Assembly: GCA_963727485.1 (NCBI GenBank)
Contig: CAVSGM010000003.1
Span: 224,001 to 288,000 of the forward strand
DNA length: 64,000 nucleotides
Source: an uncultured delta proteobacterium
GTDB lineage: Bacteria; Myxococcota; Myxococcia; SLRQ01
Direction: 5' to 3'
A program made the position numbers and the translations under genes. This document shows positions 10,133-19,705 of the stretch, in pieces. Under the pieces are notes generated by a model. That model was not told the DNA's origin and searched no databases. It saw only the letters and a list, made by a program, of their open reading frames with translations. Position 1 is the stretch's first letter. Each line of letters starts with the position of its first letter.

Positions 10133-11515
10133 CTAGGGCCCGACGGGTTGGAACCGGGCGGTGAAGTGCCGGAGCGCAGGCGGCTGCTCGGTGATCCGCA
10201 GGCCCTTGAGCTCGCCGGCGCGCTTCGCCACCCGGGTCACGACCTCGATGACGTAGTCCACGTGGCTCTGGGTGTAGACCCGGCGGGGCAGGGCGAGGCG
10301 CACCAGGTCCATCTCCGCCGGGTGCTCGGTGCCGTCGGGGTGCAGGCCGAACATCACCGTGCCGATCTCCACCGAGCGCACCCCGCCCTCGAGGTAGAGG
10401 GCCGCGGCCAGCGCCTGGCCCGGATAGGAGAGCGGCGGGATGTGGGGGAGCAGCGACCTCGCGTCGAGGTAGACCGCGTGGCCGCCCACCGGCTCCAGGA
10501 TGGGCACCCCGGCGGCGAGGAGGCGCTCGCCCAGGTAGCTCGCCGAGCGCACCCGGTAGCGCAGGTAGTCGTGGTCCACCACCTCCTCGAGCCCCTGGGC
10601 GATGGCCTCGAGGTCGCGGCCGGCGAGGCCGCCGTAGGTGGGGAAGCCCTCGGTGAGGATGAGGAGGTTGCGGCACGCCTGGGCGATGGCGTCGTCGTTC
10701 ATGGCGAGCCAGCCGCCGATGTTCGCGAGGCCGTCCTTCTTCGCCGACATGGTCATCCCGTCGGCGAGCCCGGCCATCTCGCGCACGATGTCCGCCACCG
10801 GCCGCTCGCTCTGCCCCGGCTCACGCTCGCGGATGAACCAGGCGTTCTCGGCGAAGCGGCAGCCGTCGAGGAAGAGCGGCACCTCGAAGCGATCGCAGAG
10901 CGCGCGCACGCCCCGGAGGTTTTCGAGGCTCACCGGCTGCCCGCCCCCGGAGTTGTTGGTCACCGTGACCATCACCACCGGCACCCGACCGGCGGCCTCG
11001 GCCAGCAGGTTCTCCAGGCGCTCCAGGTCCACGTTGCCCTTGAAGGGGTGGTGGCTCTTCGGATCGTGGCCCTCGGCGATGACCAGGTCGACCGCCTCGG
11101 CCCCCGAGTGCTCGACGTTGGCCCGGGTGGTGTCGAAGTGGGTGTTGCTGGGGACCACCTTGCCGGCGCCGCCGACCACCGAGAACAGGATCTTCTCCGC
11201 CGCCCGCCCCTGGTGGGTGGGGATGATGTGGCGGAAGGGGAAGAGCTTCTTGACCGCCTCCTCGAAGACGAACCAGGACGGCGAGCCCGCGTAGCTCTCG
11301 TCGCCGCGCTGCAGCGCCCCCCACTGCTTCGCCGACATCGCCCCGGTCCCCGAGTCGGTGAGCAGGTCGATGATCACCTGGTCGGCGTGGAGGGCGAAGA
11401 GGTTGTAGCCGGCGTCCCGGAGCCACCGCTCCCGCTCGGCGCGGGTGGACAGGTGGATGGGCTCCACGGACTTGATGCGGAACGGCTCGATGATGGTCTG
11501 GTAGGGCGCGTCCAT
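10133..11515 (-). CDS. tnaA: Tryptophanase (beta-eliminating lyase)
   Basis: EPFRIKSVE, IDLLTDSGT, THQGRAAE, PLP lysine SAKKDG, RLALPRRVYT; LRHFTARF (His, as in TnaA, rather than Phe-Phe of tyrosine phenol-lyase). Confidence 0.85.
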   Translation of the reverse strand: MDAPYQTIIEPFRIKSVEPIHLSTRAERERWLRDAGYNLFALHADQVIIDLLTDSGTGAMSAKQWGALQRGDESYAGSPSWFVFEEAVKKLFPFRHIIPTHQGRAAEKILFSVVGGAGKVVPSNTHFDTTRANVEHSGAEAVDLVIAEGHDPKSHHPFKGNVDLERLENLLAEAAGRVPVVMVTVTNNSGGGQPVSLENLRGVRALCDRFEVPLFLDGCRFAENAWFIREREPGQSERPVADIVREMAGLADGMTMSAKKDGLANIGGWLAMNDDAIAQACRNLLILTEGFPTYGGLAGRDLEAIAQGLEEVVDHDYLRYRVRSASYLGERLLAAGVPILEPVGGHAVYLDARSLLPHIPPLSYPGQALAAALYLEGGVRSVEIGTVMFGLHPDGTEHPAEMDLVRLALPRRVYTQSHVDYVIEVVTRVAKRAGELKGLRITEQPPALRHFTARFQPVGP

Positions 11516-11597
11516 GCCCGGGCAGCAAGCAAGCCCCGGGCCACCCCGCGCAGAATCCGCGCCGCCGCGCACGACGCGCCGCGGCACCCGCCGGCCG

Positions 11598-13757
11598 TCA
11601 GCGCCGCCGGGGCCGGTCGCCGTCGTCCGCCGCCGGGGTCAGGCGCACCCGGCAGTCCACCGCCACCGTGGGCGTGCCCCTCGGCGCCGCCATCACCGGG
11701 TTCACGTCGATCTCCGCCAGGTCCGCGTCGAGGTCGCTGACCAGCTGGCTGAAGCGCTCGAGGATCTCCTGGAGGGCCCGGCGGTCCACCGGCGGCCGGC
11801 CCCGGTGGCCGGCGAGGAGCGTGGCTCCGGCGCCGGCGTCGAGGAGCTCGGCGGCGGCCCGGTCGGTGAGCGGCGGGACCTTGAAGGTCACCTGCTCCAG
11901 GGCCTCCACCAGGATCCCCCCGAGGCCGAAGGCCACCAGCGGCCCCAGGTGCGGGTCGCGGCTCATCCCCAGGAGCACCTCGACGCCCTCGGGGATCATC
12001 TTCTGGATCCGCACCCGGCCCCGCTCGACCCCGGCCCGGCGCATCGCCGCGCGCACCCGGTCGAAGGCCCGGCCGAGCTCGGCTTGGTCCCGGATGTCGA
12101 CCACCACCCCGCCCACGTCGCTCTTGTGGACGATGCGCGGGTCGTCGGCCTTGAGGACCACCGGGTAGCCGAGCGCGCCGGCCAGCGTCACCGCGGCCTT
12201 GCGGGTCGCGGCGATCCCCGAGGGCGCCACCGGGATCCCGTAGGCCTCGAGGAGCGCCACGCTCTCCCCGAGGTCCAGGGCGTCGCGCCCCTCGCTGCGG
12301 GCCCCGTCCACCAGGGCCTGCGCCGCCGCCCGGTCCACCGGGAAGCGCCGCACCTTCCCCTTCGGCTTCGCCCGCCAGGCGCCGTAGCGGACCATCACCT
12401 CCAGGGACGTCGCCGCCGACTCGGGGAAGCGGTAGACCGGCAGCCCCTGGTCCCGCAGCCAGCGCACCGCCTCGGCGCCGTCGGCCCCGGTCATGAAGGT
12501 CACCAGCACCGGCTTGTCCGGGTGCTTCGCCGCCGCCTCGCGGATCGCCTCCGCCACCTCCATGGGCGCGGTGATCACCGGGGGCACGAAGAGGACGATG
12601 GCCGCGTCCACCCCCGGATCCCCGAGGCAGGCGTCGACCGCCACCCGGTAGTCGTCGGGGGTCGCCGAGGCGATGAGGTCCACCGGGTTCCCCAGGGCCG
12701 CGTAGGGGTTCACCTTGGGCTTCATCTTCCGCCGGGTCCGGGCCGAGAGGCTCGCCACCTCGAGGCCCAGGTCGTCGCAGGCGTCGGCGGCCATGATCCC
12801 CGGCCCCCCGGCGTTGGTGACGATGGCCACCCGGCCCCCCTTGGGGATGGGCTGGCTCTGGAGGGCGTGGGCCGCCTCGAAGAGCTGCTCCACCGACCGG
12901 CACCGGAGCACCCCGCAGTCGGCGAACAGCGCGTTGACCGCCGCGTCCCCGCCGGCGAGGGACCCGGTGTGGCTGAAGGCCGCCTTGGCTCCGGCGACGG
13001 TGCTCCCGCTCTTCACCGCGAGGATGGGCTTGTGGCGGCTGACCTCGGTGGCCACCTCCACGAAGCGCCGCGGGTCCCCGAAGCTCTCCAGGTACATCAG
13101 GATGACCTCGGTGCGGGGGTCGCCTTGCCAGTAGGCGAGCAGGTCGTTGTTGTCCACGTCCATCTTGTTGCCGATGGAGGCGAACATGCTCACCCCGAGG
13201 TTGAGCTCCGGGGCGTAGGAGAGGATGGCGTCCCCGAGCGCCCCGCTCTGGCTCATGAACGCCAGGCTCCCGGCGGCGGGGCGGGTGCGGGCGAAGCTGG
13301 CGTTGAGGCGCGCCTCGGGGTCGGTGTTGAGGATGCCCATGCAGTTGGGGCCGATGGCGCGCATCCCGTAGCGCGCGCAGAGCCCGGCGACCTCGCGCTC
13401 CAGGGCCAGCCCCTCGCCGCCGATCTCCTTGAACCCGGCGGTGATGATCACCAGGCCCTTCACGCCCTTCTCCCCGCAGGCGGCGACGGCGCCGGGGACC
13501 TCGGCGGCGGGGACCACGATCACCGCCAGGTCCACCTCGCCGGGGATCTCCCGGACGTCGGGCCAGGCCGTCACCGAGAGCACGGTCTTCCGGCTCCGGC
13601 TCACCGGGTACACCGGCCCGGGGAGCTCGGCGCGCAGGAGGTTCTCGAGGATGGTGCGCCCGAGCGCCCCGTGACGGGCGGTGGCGCCGACCACCGCCAC
13701 CGACCGGGGGCGGAAGAGGGCGTCGAGGGAGGCGTCGCGGCGGGGGGTCCTGGGCAT
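11598..13757 (-). CDS. ADP-forming acetate/acyl-CoA ligase (fused alpha-beta)
   Basis: CoA-binding N-terminus, IGPNCMG, SQSGA, SHTGSLAG phospho-His, TNAGGPG, NPVDL, C-terminal ATP-grasp HKSDVGGV. Confidence 0.9.
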   Translation of the reverse strand: MPRTPRRDASLDALFRPRSVAVVGATARHGALGRTILENLLRAELPGPVYPVSRSRKTVLSVTAWPDVREIPGEVDLAVIVVPAAEVPGAVAACGEKGVKGLVIITAGFKEIGGEGLALEREVAGLCARYGMRAIGPNCMGILNTDPEARLNASFARTRPAAGSLAFMSQSGALGDAILSYAPELNLGVSMFASIGNKMDVDNNDLLAYWQGDPRTEVILMYLESFGDPRRFVEVATEVSRHKPILAVKSGSTVAGAKAAFSHTGSLAGGDAAVNALFADCGVLRCRSVEQLFEAAHALQSQPIPKGGRVAIVTNAGGPGIMAADACDDLGLEVASLSARTRRKMKPKVNPYAALGNPVDLIASATPDDYRVAVDACLGDPGVDAAIVLFVPPVITAPMEVAEAIREAAAKHPDKPVLVTFMTGADGAEAVRWLRDQGLPVYRFPESAATSLEVMVRYGAWRAKPKGKVRRFPVDRAAAQALVDGARSEGRDALDLGESVALLEAYGIPVAPSGIAATRKAAVTLAGALGYPVVLKADDPRIVHKSDVGGVVVDIRDQAELGRAFDRVRAAMRRAGVERGRVRIQKMIPEGVEVLLGMSRDPHLGPLVAFGLGGILVEALEQVTFKVPPLTDRAAAELLDAGAGATLLAGHRGRPPVDRRALQEILERFSQLVSDLDADLAEIDVNPVMAAPRGTPTVAVDCRVRLTPAADDGDRPRRR

Positions 13758-13781
13758 GGTTCCCAAGCGTAGGCCCGAGGC

Positions 13782-14674
13782 CTACTTGAGCACGTCGGTG
13801 AAGTCGTGCTTGTGGGCGAGGTTGAGGGCGTGGCGATAGAAGGCGTAGCGCGCCGCCATCAGCCGCACCTTCGCCTCCCACTGGTAGGCCGCGTTGATCG
13901 CCGGGCGCTTGGCATCGATCTCCTGCCACAGCTTCCGCGCCGCCTGCGCCTTGGGATCCTGGCCGTGGGCCTCGAGGTCGACCCCGGCGTTGGAGAGCTT
14001 CTCGTCGGGGTCGAGGCGATCGAGGTGGCGCACCGGCACCTTCACCTTCGCCACCAGGTACCAGGTGGTGAGGTCGATGGTGGTGGTGTCGCTCCCGAGC
14101 TCCACCCGGGTGACCTCGAGGAGCCGCCCGGAGCGCCACTGGTTGTCCACCCACTTCTTGATCCGCGCCCGATCCGAGGGGGTGATGACCAGGCCCACCT
14201 CCACCACCCGGCGGAATCTCGTCGGCGAGCCAGGTGAAGGGCTCGTCGGGGGCGAGGGTGTCGGGGATCTTCCGGTCCTTGGGGAGGGTCGCCTTGTCCA
14301 CCTTCACGTGGAAGGTCTTCAGCGAGAGCCCGGCGCCGGCGAGGTCGTTCTCCAGCTCGGCCTTGAGCTTCGCCGCGTCGTAGCCGGTGGGGAGGCGGTC
14401 GGCGAGGTGGGCGGCGGCGAAGGCCTCGGGGTAGCGCGTCTCCACCTGGGCCTTCCACTTGGGGCCCTCCTCGGCGAGGTGGAGGTAGCGCTGGTGGGCG
14501 GCCTTCGCGGTGCTCGAGGGCCACGTCCAGGGGGTCCGGGGGCGGGGGCCCGGCGTCGGCGGGCGGGGTGGGGTCGGCCGGCCGCCCGTGGCAGCCCCCG
14601 AGGCCCAGGCCGACGCCGACGGCCACCGTCAGGGCCGCGCCCGCCATCGTCGTCCACCGTCCTCGTCGCGCCAT
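13782..14674 (-). CDS. Hypothetical lipoprotein, split by two frameshifts (near 14510 and 14215)
   Basis: Signal peptide with LGGC lipobox and Pro-rich linker; GC3-biased coding continues across three frames to stop at 13782. Confidence 0.55.
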
Positions 14675-14778
14675 GGGGATGCTCCTGTCGTCCTCGGGGT
14701 CCGACAGGGTGGCATCCGCCGCCAGGGCGTTCAAGTTCCCGGGTGCCCCGAGCCCGGCGGCGTCCTAGCTTCCCGCCG

Positions 14779-16041
14779 GTGGACGCGGGAACCCGGGGGA
14801 GTCTGGAGCTGGTCGTCGGTGTCGCCGCCGGCGGCCTCAACGGCATCGACGCCTACGCCGAGGCGGTGGCCGACGCCGCCGCGGCCGCCGGGCACCGGGT
14901 GGTGCTGCTGGCCACCGGGGACGCCGTCGCCGCGGCCCTGCGCCGGCGCGCCGACCCGGCGGTGGAGGTGGTCTCCCTGGGCCTGCCGCCGCCCACCGGC
15001 GCCAGCCGCCTCGCCGACCGCCTCTCCTACCGGGTGCAGGTGGGCCGGGTGGCCCGGGCCCTGGGCCCGGTCCTCGCCCGCCTCGGCCGGCGCTTCGACG
15101 TGGCCCACCTCGCCCGCCCGCCCCTGGCCGCGGCCGCCCGCCCCTTCGCCCGGCGGGTGGTGGTCGCCGCCTGGTTCCACCCCCACGCCCTCGGCGGCCG
15201 CGTGGAGGAGACCTGGCGCCACACCCGGGGGCCGCTGGCGAGCCGCCTGCTCCTCACCGGGAAGTCGGTGGGCTACTACCTGGGAGACGCCCGGGGCTAC
15301 CGGGACGCGGACCTGGTGGTGGCCCCGACCCGGCGGCTCTCGCTCCAGCTCGGGGAGCTGGGGATCCGGGCGGCCGCCTGCCCGCCGCCGGTGCGCCGGG
15401 CCGTCCGGGACCGCCCGGCCGCCCGCGACGCCCAAGGCCCCGACGCTCCGAGGCACCTCCTGGTGGTCAGCGGCGACCTCACGCACCCGCGCAAGCACGT
15501 GGACGCCGCCGTGGGCGCCCTCGCCGAGCTCGCCGCCGAGGGCCGGGAGGTGACCCTCCACGCCATCGGCCGCCGGGGCGAGGCCCTCCTGCGCCGGGCC
15601 CCGGCCCTGCCCCCCGGCGCCGCCCTGGTCGTCGAGGGGCCGAGGACGCGCGCGGAGGTCCGGGTCGCCATGGCCGCCGCCGACGTCCTGGTCCTCCCCA
15701 GCCGCTACGAGGAGTGGGGCTACGTGGCGGTGGAGGCCCTCCTCGAGGGCACCCCGGTGGCCACCTTCCCGGTCTACCCCTTCGCCGAGATGCTCGCCGG
15801 GGACCTGGGGGCGGTGGCGGCCGGGCCCGGACCGGTGGCCCTGGCCGGTGCGGTGGCGAAGCTCCTCGATCGCCCGCGGCCCGCGGACCTCGTCGACCGG
15901 GCGGCGGCACGCTTCGGGGCCGAGGCGGTGGGACGGCGCCTCACGACCCTGTGGCACCAGGTCCTCGCGCGAGGCGGGGCGCTGCCGGTCGCACCAGGGA
16001 CCCGGCTGGCACCGACCGGGTCACCACCGCCCCCGCCATGA
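14779..16041 (+). CDS. Glycosyltransferase family 4 (GT-B)
   Basis: ADVLVLPSRYEEWGYVAVEALLEGTPV (EX7E) motif; start codon uncertain. Confidence 0.8.
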   Translation: MDAGTRGSLELVVGVAAGGLNGIDAYAEAVADAAAAAGHRVVLLATGDAVAAALRRRADPAVEVVSLGLPPPTGASRLADRLSYRVQVGRVARALGPVLARLGRRFDVAHLARPPLAAAARPFARRVVVAAWFHPHALGGRVEETWRHTRGPLASRLLLTGKSVGYYLGDARGYRDADLVVAPTRRLSLQLGELGIRAAACPPPVRRAVRDRPAARDAQGPDAPRHLLVVSGDLTHPRKHVDAAVGALAELAAEGREVTLHAIGRRGEALLRRAPALPPGAALVVEGPRTRAEVRVAMAAADVLVLPSRYEEWGYVAVEALLEGTPVATFPVYPFAEMLAGDLGAVAAGPGPVALAGAVAKLLDRPRPADLVDRAAARFGAEAVGRRLTTLWHQVLARGGALPVAPGTRLAPTGSPPPPP

Positions 16042-16552
16042 CCTTGGTCCGGGCCCCGATGGTCACCGGCCCGAGGATGGTGACCCCGGGGCCGAGGTGG
16101 ACGTCGTGCTCGAGGGTGGGGGCGCCCACCTCGCCGGTGTCCGGATCGGTGCCGGCGTCGAGGGTCACGTCGTGGAGCAGGACCGTCCCCGGCCCCAGGC
16201 GGACCCCGGCGCCGACGACGAGGCCGGTGCCGTGGATCACCGAGACGCCGGGCTCGAGGATGGCCCGGCGATCGATGTCCACCTGGTAGAGGTGGCGGAG
16301 GGCGGCGGAGGCGAGGCGCGCCGCGGTGGGGAGCCCGGCGGTCTCGAGGCAGGCGGCGGTGCGCGCGACCAGCAGCACCTGGAGGCCCACCTTGGTGACC
16401 AGCTCCCGCGGCAGGTCGACGGCGGTGAGCCGCTGCCCGAAGTACCGATCCCGGCCGGCGACCAGCGCCGCCCAGTCTCCGCGCACCCCGCGCCAGAGCC
16501 CGGTCATGGCCGCGACCGGTCCCCGCGGGCGCCCCCCTGACGGATCTGCCAT
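15941..16552 (-). CDS. Serine O-acetyltransferase-like hexapeptide (LbH) acetyltransferase
   Basis: IDRRAILEPGVSVIHGTGLVVG, PTLEHDVHLGPGVTILGPVTIG, AGAVVTRSVP. Confidence 0.75.
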   Translation of the reverse strand: MADPSGGRPRGPVAAMTGLWRGVRGDWAALVAGRDRYFGQRLTAVDLPRELVTKVGLQVLLVARTAACLETAGLPTAARLASAALRHLYQVDIDRRAILEPGVSVIHGTGLVVGAGVRLGPGTVLLHDVTLDAGTDPDTGEVGAPTLEHDVHLGPGVTILGPVTIGARTKVMAGAVVTRSVPAGSLVRPAAPRLARGPGATGS

Positions 16553-16709
16553 GCCACCCCCTTGATCACGGATCACGCGCGCGCGGGCGCGCTCACGCCT
16601 AGGGGAAGCGTGGGGCCCCCGGTGCCGCCGGGCAAGGGCCCTTGCGTCCGCGACGAGGCCCCCCAGGTTCTGCTATGCACCGGCGAGGAGGCCGGGGGCC
16701 GGAGCCGAC

Positions 16710-17306
16710 ATGCGCGAACCCAACGTCTACCTGCGGGAGATGATCCTCGAGGACCTGCCCAAGGTCTTCGCCCTCGGCGAGAAGCTGTTCACCGCCGAGA
16801 GCTGGCCCAACCTCTACCGCACCTGGGACGAGTACGAGCCGGTGGAGTTCTTCGCCTCCGAGGGGGAGACCTGCCTGGTGGCCGAGGACGAGGACAGCGG
16901 CCGGCTCCTGGGCTTCGTCCTGGGCACGGTGATCGAGAAGCGGCGCAGCGCCTGGACCTACGGCTACCTGGTGTGGCTGGCGGTGGAGCCCGACGCCAGG
17001 CGCTTCGGGGTGGGCAGCCGGCTCACCGAGAAGCTCACCGAGACCTTCATCGAGCTCGGGGCCCGGATGATGCTGGTGGACACCGACGCCGGGAACGACG
17101 TGGCCCTGACCTTCTTCGACCGCCACGGCTTCGGCCACCCGCGAAACCACGTCTACCTCACCAAGAACCTCACCGGGCACCGGGCCTACAAGCGGCTCCG
17201 GGAGGGGGGCAGCCGGCGCGCCGGCCACCTGCCGGCGCCCACCCGGGGTGGCCGGCTCCCCGAGGGTGGGGTCGCCACCGGCGACGATGGGGACGACGCC
17301 GGATGA
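16710..17306 (+). CDS. GNAT family N-acetyltransferase
   Basis: WLAVEPDARRFGVGSRL acetyl-CoA motif; N..ALTFF..GF. Confidence 0.85.
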   Translation: MREPNVYLREMILEDLPKVFALGEKLFTAESWPNLYRTWDEYEPVEFFASEGETCLVAEDEDSGRLLGFVLGTVIEKRRSAWTYGYLVWLAVEPDARRFGVGSRLTEKLTETFIELGARMMLVDTDAGNDVALTFFDRHGFGHPRNHVYLTKNLTGHRAYKRLREGGSRRAGHLPAPTRGGRLPEGGVATGDDGDDAG

Positions 17307-18454
17307 CGCCGCTGGCCCCCCTGGAGGCGGCGCTCTCCCGCCGGCGGCTCACCGACCTCCTGGTGGCGTCGGTCTCCCAGTTCAGCCCCCCGAACGCCGA
17401 GGGGCCGGCGACGAAGGTCTTCGCCGAGGCCCTGCGCGAAGGCGGCATCCCCTACCGCCTCCAGCCGGTCCCCGGGGCCGCCGGCGACCCCGGCCGCGCC
17501 AACCTGGTGGTGCAGCTCGGGCCCGACCCGGTGGGCCTCCACCTGGTGGGCCACGTGGACACCATCGACCTGGGCTTCGACGCCGAGCTCCGGGTGCGCC
17601 GGGACGGCGACCTCCTCTACGGCCTGGGCACCGCCGACATGAAGTCCGGGTGCGCCGCCATGGTCGAGGCCCTCACCGCGGTGGTGGCCAGCGAGGTCGA
17701 GCTCACCCGGGGGGTGCGCCTCTCGCTTCTGGTCGGCGAGGAGGACTACGGCGACGGCGCCGAGGCCCTCATCGCCGACGACCTCGAGCCGGTGCCCCTC
17801 ACCCTCATCGGCGAGCCCACGCGCCTCATCCCCTGCATCGATCACTACGGCTACGCCGAGTACCGCCTCTCGGGGGAGGGGCAGCGGGCCCACGCGGCGC
17901 TCCCCGAGCGCGGGGCCAACGCCATCCACGCCACCCTCGCCTGGGTCACCGAGGTCCTCACCGGCCTCGAGGCCCTCCCCTACGGCGACCGCACGGCGGT
18001 GAGCCTCCGGGAGATCCGCGGGGGCACCAGCCTCTTCGTCACCGCCGACGCCTGCGAGGTCCTCCTCGACATCCACCTCCCGCCGGAGGTCGGGGTCGAC
18101 GACGTGGTCGCCCTCATCGAGCGGACCCGCGCCGAGGTCGACGGGCGCCACCCGGGCTGCACCCTGGAGGCCGAGCAGGACTGGTGGGCCCCGGGCTACG
18201 TCGCCGGCCCCGGGAACGGGGCGGCCGAGACCCTGGCGCAGGCCTTCGCCGCGGTGGGCCGGCCCTTCGCGCCGGGGGTGTTCCGCTCCCACTCCGACGC
18301 CAACCTCTTCCGGGACGCGGGGACGGTGCCGGTGATCTGCGGGCCGGGGGCCCTCGAGGTCGCCCACACCGACGACGAGCACGTGAGCCTCACCGAGACC
18401 TTCGAGGCGGCGCGCCTCTACGCCGCCCTGATCGACCGGTGCTGCTCGGGCTAG
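17303..18454 (+). CDS. M20 family metallo-amidohydrolase (ArgE/DapE-like)
   Basis: GHVDT, GLGTADMKSG, GEE, IGEPT, AHTDDEHV; ATGA overlap with GNAT gene. Confidence 0.85.
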   Translation: MTPLAPLEAALSRRRLTDLLVASVSQFSPPNAEGPATKVFAEALREGGIPYRLQPVPGAAGDPGRANLVVQLGPDPVGLHLVGHVDTIDLGFDAELRVRRDGDLLYGLGTADMKSGCAAMVEALTAVVASEVELTRGVRLSLLVGEEDYGDGAEALIADDLEPVPLTLIGEPTRLIPCIDHYGYAEYRLSGEGQRAHAALPERGANAIHATLAWVTEVLTGLEALPYGDRTAVSLREIRGGTSLFVTADACEVLLDIHLPPEVGVDDVVALIERTRAEVDGRHPGCTLEAEQDWWAPGYVAGPGNGAAETLAQAFAAVGRPFAPGVFRSHSDANLFRDAGTVPVICGPGALEVAHTDDEHVSLTETFEAARLYAALIDRCCSG

Positions 18455-19620
18455 AGCGCCTTCTCGTAGATGCGGTAGGTCTTGTACCGCTTGGAGCCGA
18501 GGGCCTCGATGGGCCGGTTGATGAGGTCGTTGTCCTCGAGGGTCCAGCCCATCTCGCAGGCGTTGAACCCGAGCTCGCGGCCGCGGTCGTAGGTGCGCAG
18601 GATGAGCAGCTCGTTGATCCCCCGGCGCCGGTAGCCCGGGAGGATGCCGAGGATCACCAGGCGGATGGTGTGCACCTTCTTCAGGGCGCTCATCAGCTTG
18701 ACCACCCCGATGGGCAGGCCGAAGGGGAAGAGCTTGCCGTTGATCCCCGAGATCCGCAGGGCCTCGTTGAGGTCGGGGAGCGCGAGCGAGAAGCCCACCG
18801 CCTCGCCGTCGACCTCGGCCATGAGGGCGAGGTCGGGGTTGACCAGCATCTTGAGGTCCTTCGCCAGGTGATCGAACTCGGCGTCGGTCATCTTCACGAA
18901 GCCCCAGTTGTCCTCCCAGGCGGTGTTGTAGATCTCCTTGATCTTCGCCACCTCGGCGTCGAACTGCTTCATCCGCACCGGGCGGATGGTGACCCCGCCG
19001 CGCTTGCCCAGCCGCTCGGCGATCCGCCGCCACTTCGGGGGCGGCTCCTGGGCGTCGGTGATCCAGTAGGCGTAGAGGTCCTTGGCCTTCTTCAGGCCCC
19101 AGCTCTCCAGGAGGCCGCCGTAGTAGGGCGGGTTGTGGGTCATCATCACCCGGGGCGGGGTGTCGAAGCCGTCGACGAGCAGGCCGCACTCGTAGTTGGT
19201 CGAGTAGTCGATGGGGCCGATGATCCCGGTGCGGCCCCGGGCCTTCACCCACTCGGCCGCGGCGTCGAGGAGGCTGTGGGCCACGCCCGGGTCGTCGATG
19301 GACTCGAACATCCCGAAGCACCCGACGTTGGTCCCGTGGACCTCGTTGTACCGCGGGTCGTCGCTCGCCAGGATCCGCCCCACCACCTCGCCGCCCCGGC
19401 GGGCGAGGAAGAGCGTCGCCGTCCCGTGCTTGTAGAACGGGTGCTTCTTGGGGTTGATGAAGTCCCGGCGGTCCATCAGCATCGGCGGCACCCAGTTGGG
19501 GTCGCCGGCCTGGGTCTTCCAGGGGACGCGGATGAAGAGGTTCCGGTCCGACGACGAGGTCACCTCGGTGATCTCGACGTCGGAGGCGGGGCGGGCGGGG
19601 TCGTGGGCGAGCTCGGCCAT
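18451..19620 (-). CDS. GNAT-fold protein (YghO-like)
   Basis: DPNWVPP, VVGRI, GCFGMFES, GLLVDGF, HNPPYY, WEDNWGF, WTLEDN, YKTYRIY pattern. Confidence 0.75.
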   Translation of the reverse strand: MAELAHDPARPASDVEITEVTSSSDRNLFIRVPWKTQAGDPNWVPPMLMDRRDFINPKKHPFYKHGTATLFLARRGGEVVGRILASDDPRYNEVHGTNVGCFGMFESIDDPGVAHSLLDAAAEWVKARGRTGIIGPIDYSTNYECGLLVDGFDTPPRVMMTHNPPYYGGLLESWGLKKAKDLYAYWITDAQEPPPKWRRIAERLGKRGGVTIRPVRMKQFDAEVAKIKEIYNTAWEDNWGFVKMTDAEFDHLAKDLKMLVNPDLALMAEVDGEAVGFSLALPDLNEALRISGINGKLFPFGLPIGVVKLMSALKKVHTIRLVILGILPGYRRRGINELLILRTYDRGRELGFNACEMGWTLEDNDLINRPIEALGSKRYKTYRIYEKAL

Positions 19621-19705
19621 GGCAGGTCTCCTCGGCAGGCGAGGGACCTACATGGCGCAATCGACCCGGCGCGTCAAATGACGTCTGGGGGCGGTGCCCG
19701 GGCGG

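Noticed and set aside
10133..11515. Tyrosine phenol-lyase assignment
   Set aside because: C-terminal LRHFT matches tryptophanase rather than the LRFFT of TPL
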